Made by a program: the position numbers and the translations under genes. From positions 15,314 to 79,313 of the forward strand of contig JAQVJU010000001.1 in the NCBI GenBank assembly GCA_028694995.1: a stretch of 64,000 bases of DNA, given 5' to 3'. Positions 63,930 to 64,000 of the stretch are shown here, piece after piece. The notes beneath the pieces were generated by a model. That model saw only the letters and a program-made list of their open reading frames with translations. It was not told where the DNA came from and made no database searches. Source of the stretch: Minisyncoccota bacterium. Its GTDB lineage: Bacteria; Patescibacteriota; Minisyncoccia; UBA6257. Every line of letters starts with the position of its first letter. The first letter of the stretch is position 1.

Positions 63930-64000
63930 ATGATAGATTTAAAAACATTAAAACCATTAGTACGCCAAATAGCAGAAGAAAAAGGATTACCAGAACAAAG
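63930..64000 (+). CDS. nusA: transcription termination/antitermination factor NusA (5' partial; runs off the window)
   Basis: MIDLKTLKPLVRQIAEEKGLPEQ resembles the NusA N-terminus (..LL.AL..LEKEKGI..E). Confidence 0.45.
   Translation, partial: MIDLKTLKPLVRQIAEEKGLPEQ

Noticed and set aside
1-64000. Alternative genetic code (e.g. code 25, UGA=Gly, as in some low-GC CPR lineages)
   Set aside because: Standard-code translation already yields full-length conserved proteins (gyrA, pnp, ftsH, recG, aaRSs) without in-frame UGA interruptions. The tRNA-Gly present has a normal UCC anticodon, and no UCA-anticodon suppressor tRNA was seen.

Overview
This window is an AT-rich (roughly 30% GC by eye) bacterial chromosome segment with tightly packed genes. 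The gene content suggests a small-genome, CPR/Patescibacteria-like organism. The evidence for that is many tRNA genes without an encoded CCA next to a CCA-adding enzyme gene, shortened IF-2 and ValRS, a sortase, and many N-terminally membrane-anchored surface proteins. The standard genetic code appears to be in use, since long ORFs stay intact. I can support about 55 protein-coding genes. Most are housekeeping: RNase Y, RNase J, PNPase, S15, L19, HU, iPGM, SecG, GlyRS, ArgRS, ValRS, TrpRS, IF-2, RecG, RecO, FtsH, HtrA, GyrA, TsaD, UppP, the CCA enzyme, a TrxB/glutaredoxin/ferredoxin redox cluster, an ABC-2 exporter and a CDF transporter. I read 21 tRNA genes directly from the sequence, which is unusually dense. 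One of them, tRNA-Phe(GAA), is split by a 236-nt group I intron inserted between U33 and G34; the P1/P10 guide pairing and the P7 core element are visible in the sequence. I found no CRISPR array, no IS or transposase, no integrase, and no reverse transcriptase. The items most worth a second look are listed below.
- The intron-containing tRNA-Phe.
- Two GC-elevated, tRNA-flanked mini-islands, each carrying one orphan acidic, Trp-rich ORF. One has a GC-rich structured non-coding tail.
- A tandem trio of paralogous small proteins with a VirB2/TrbC-pilin-like architecture (signal peptide plus helical hairpin). One carries a Cys-rich ectodomain.
- A 643-aa surface protein built from Thr-rich repeats and 34-aa Cys-repeat modules, with a recent 102-bp tandem duplication.
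- A secretome locus with a duplicated consensus promoter and a 20-bp hairpin terminator, followed by a Cys-rich lipoprotein, a CAP-domain protein and a sortase.
- A 114-bp direct repeat upstream of nusA with a compensatory-mutated hairpin and a TGTTTCAC triplet.
- Unusual anticodons: tRNA-Ile(UAU) and tRNA-Arg(GCG).
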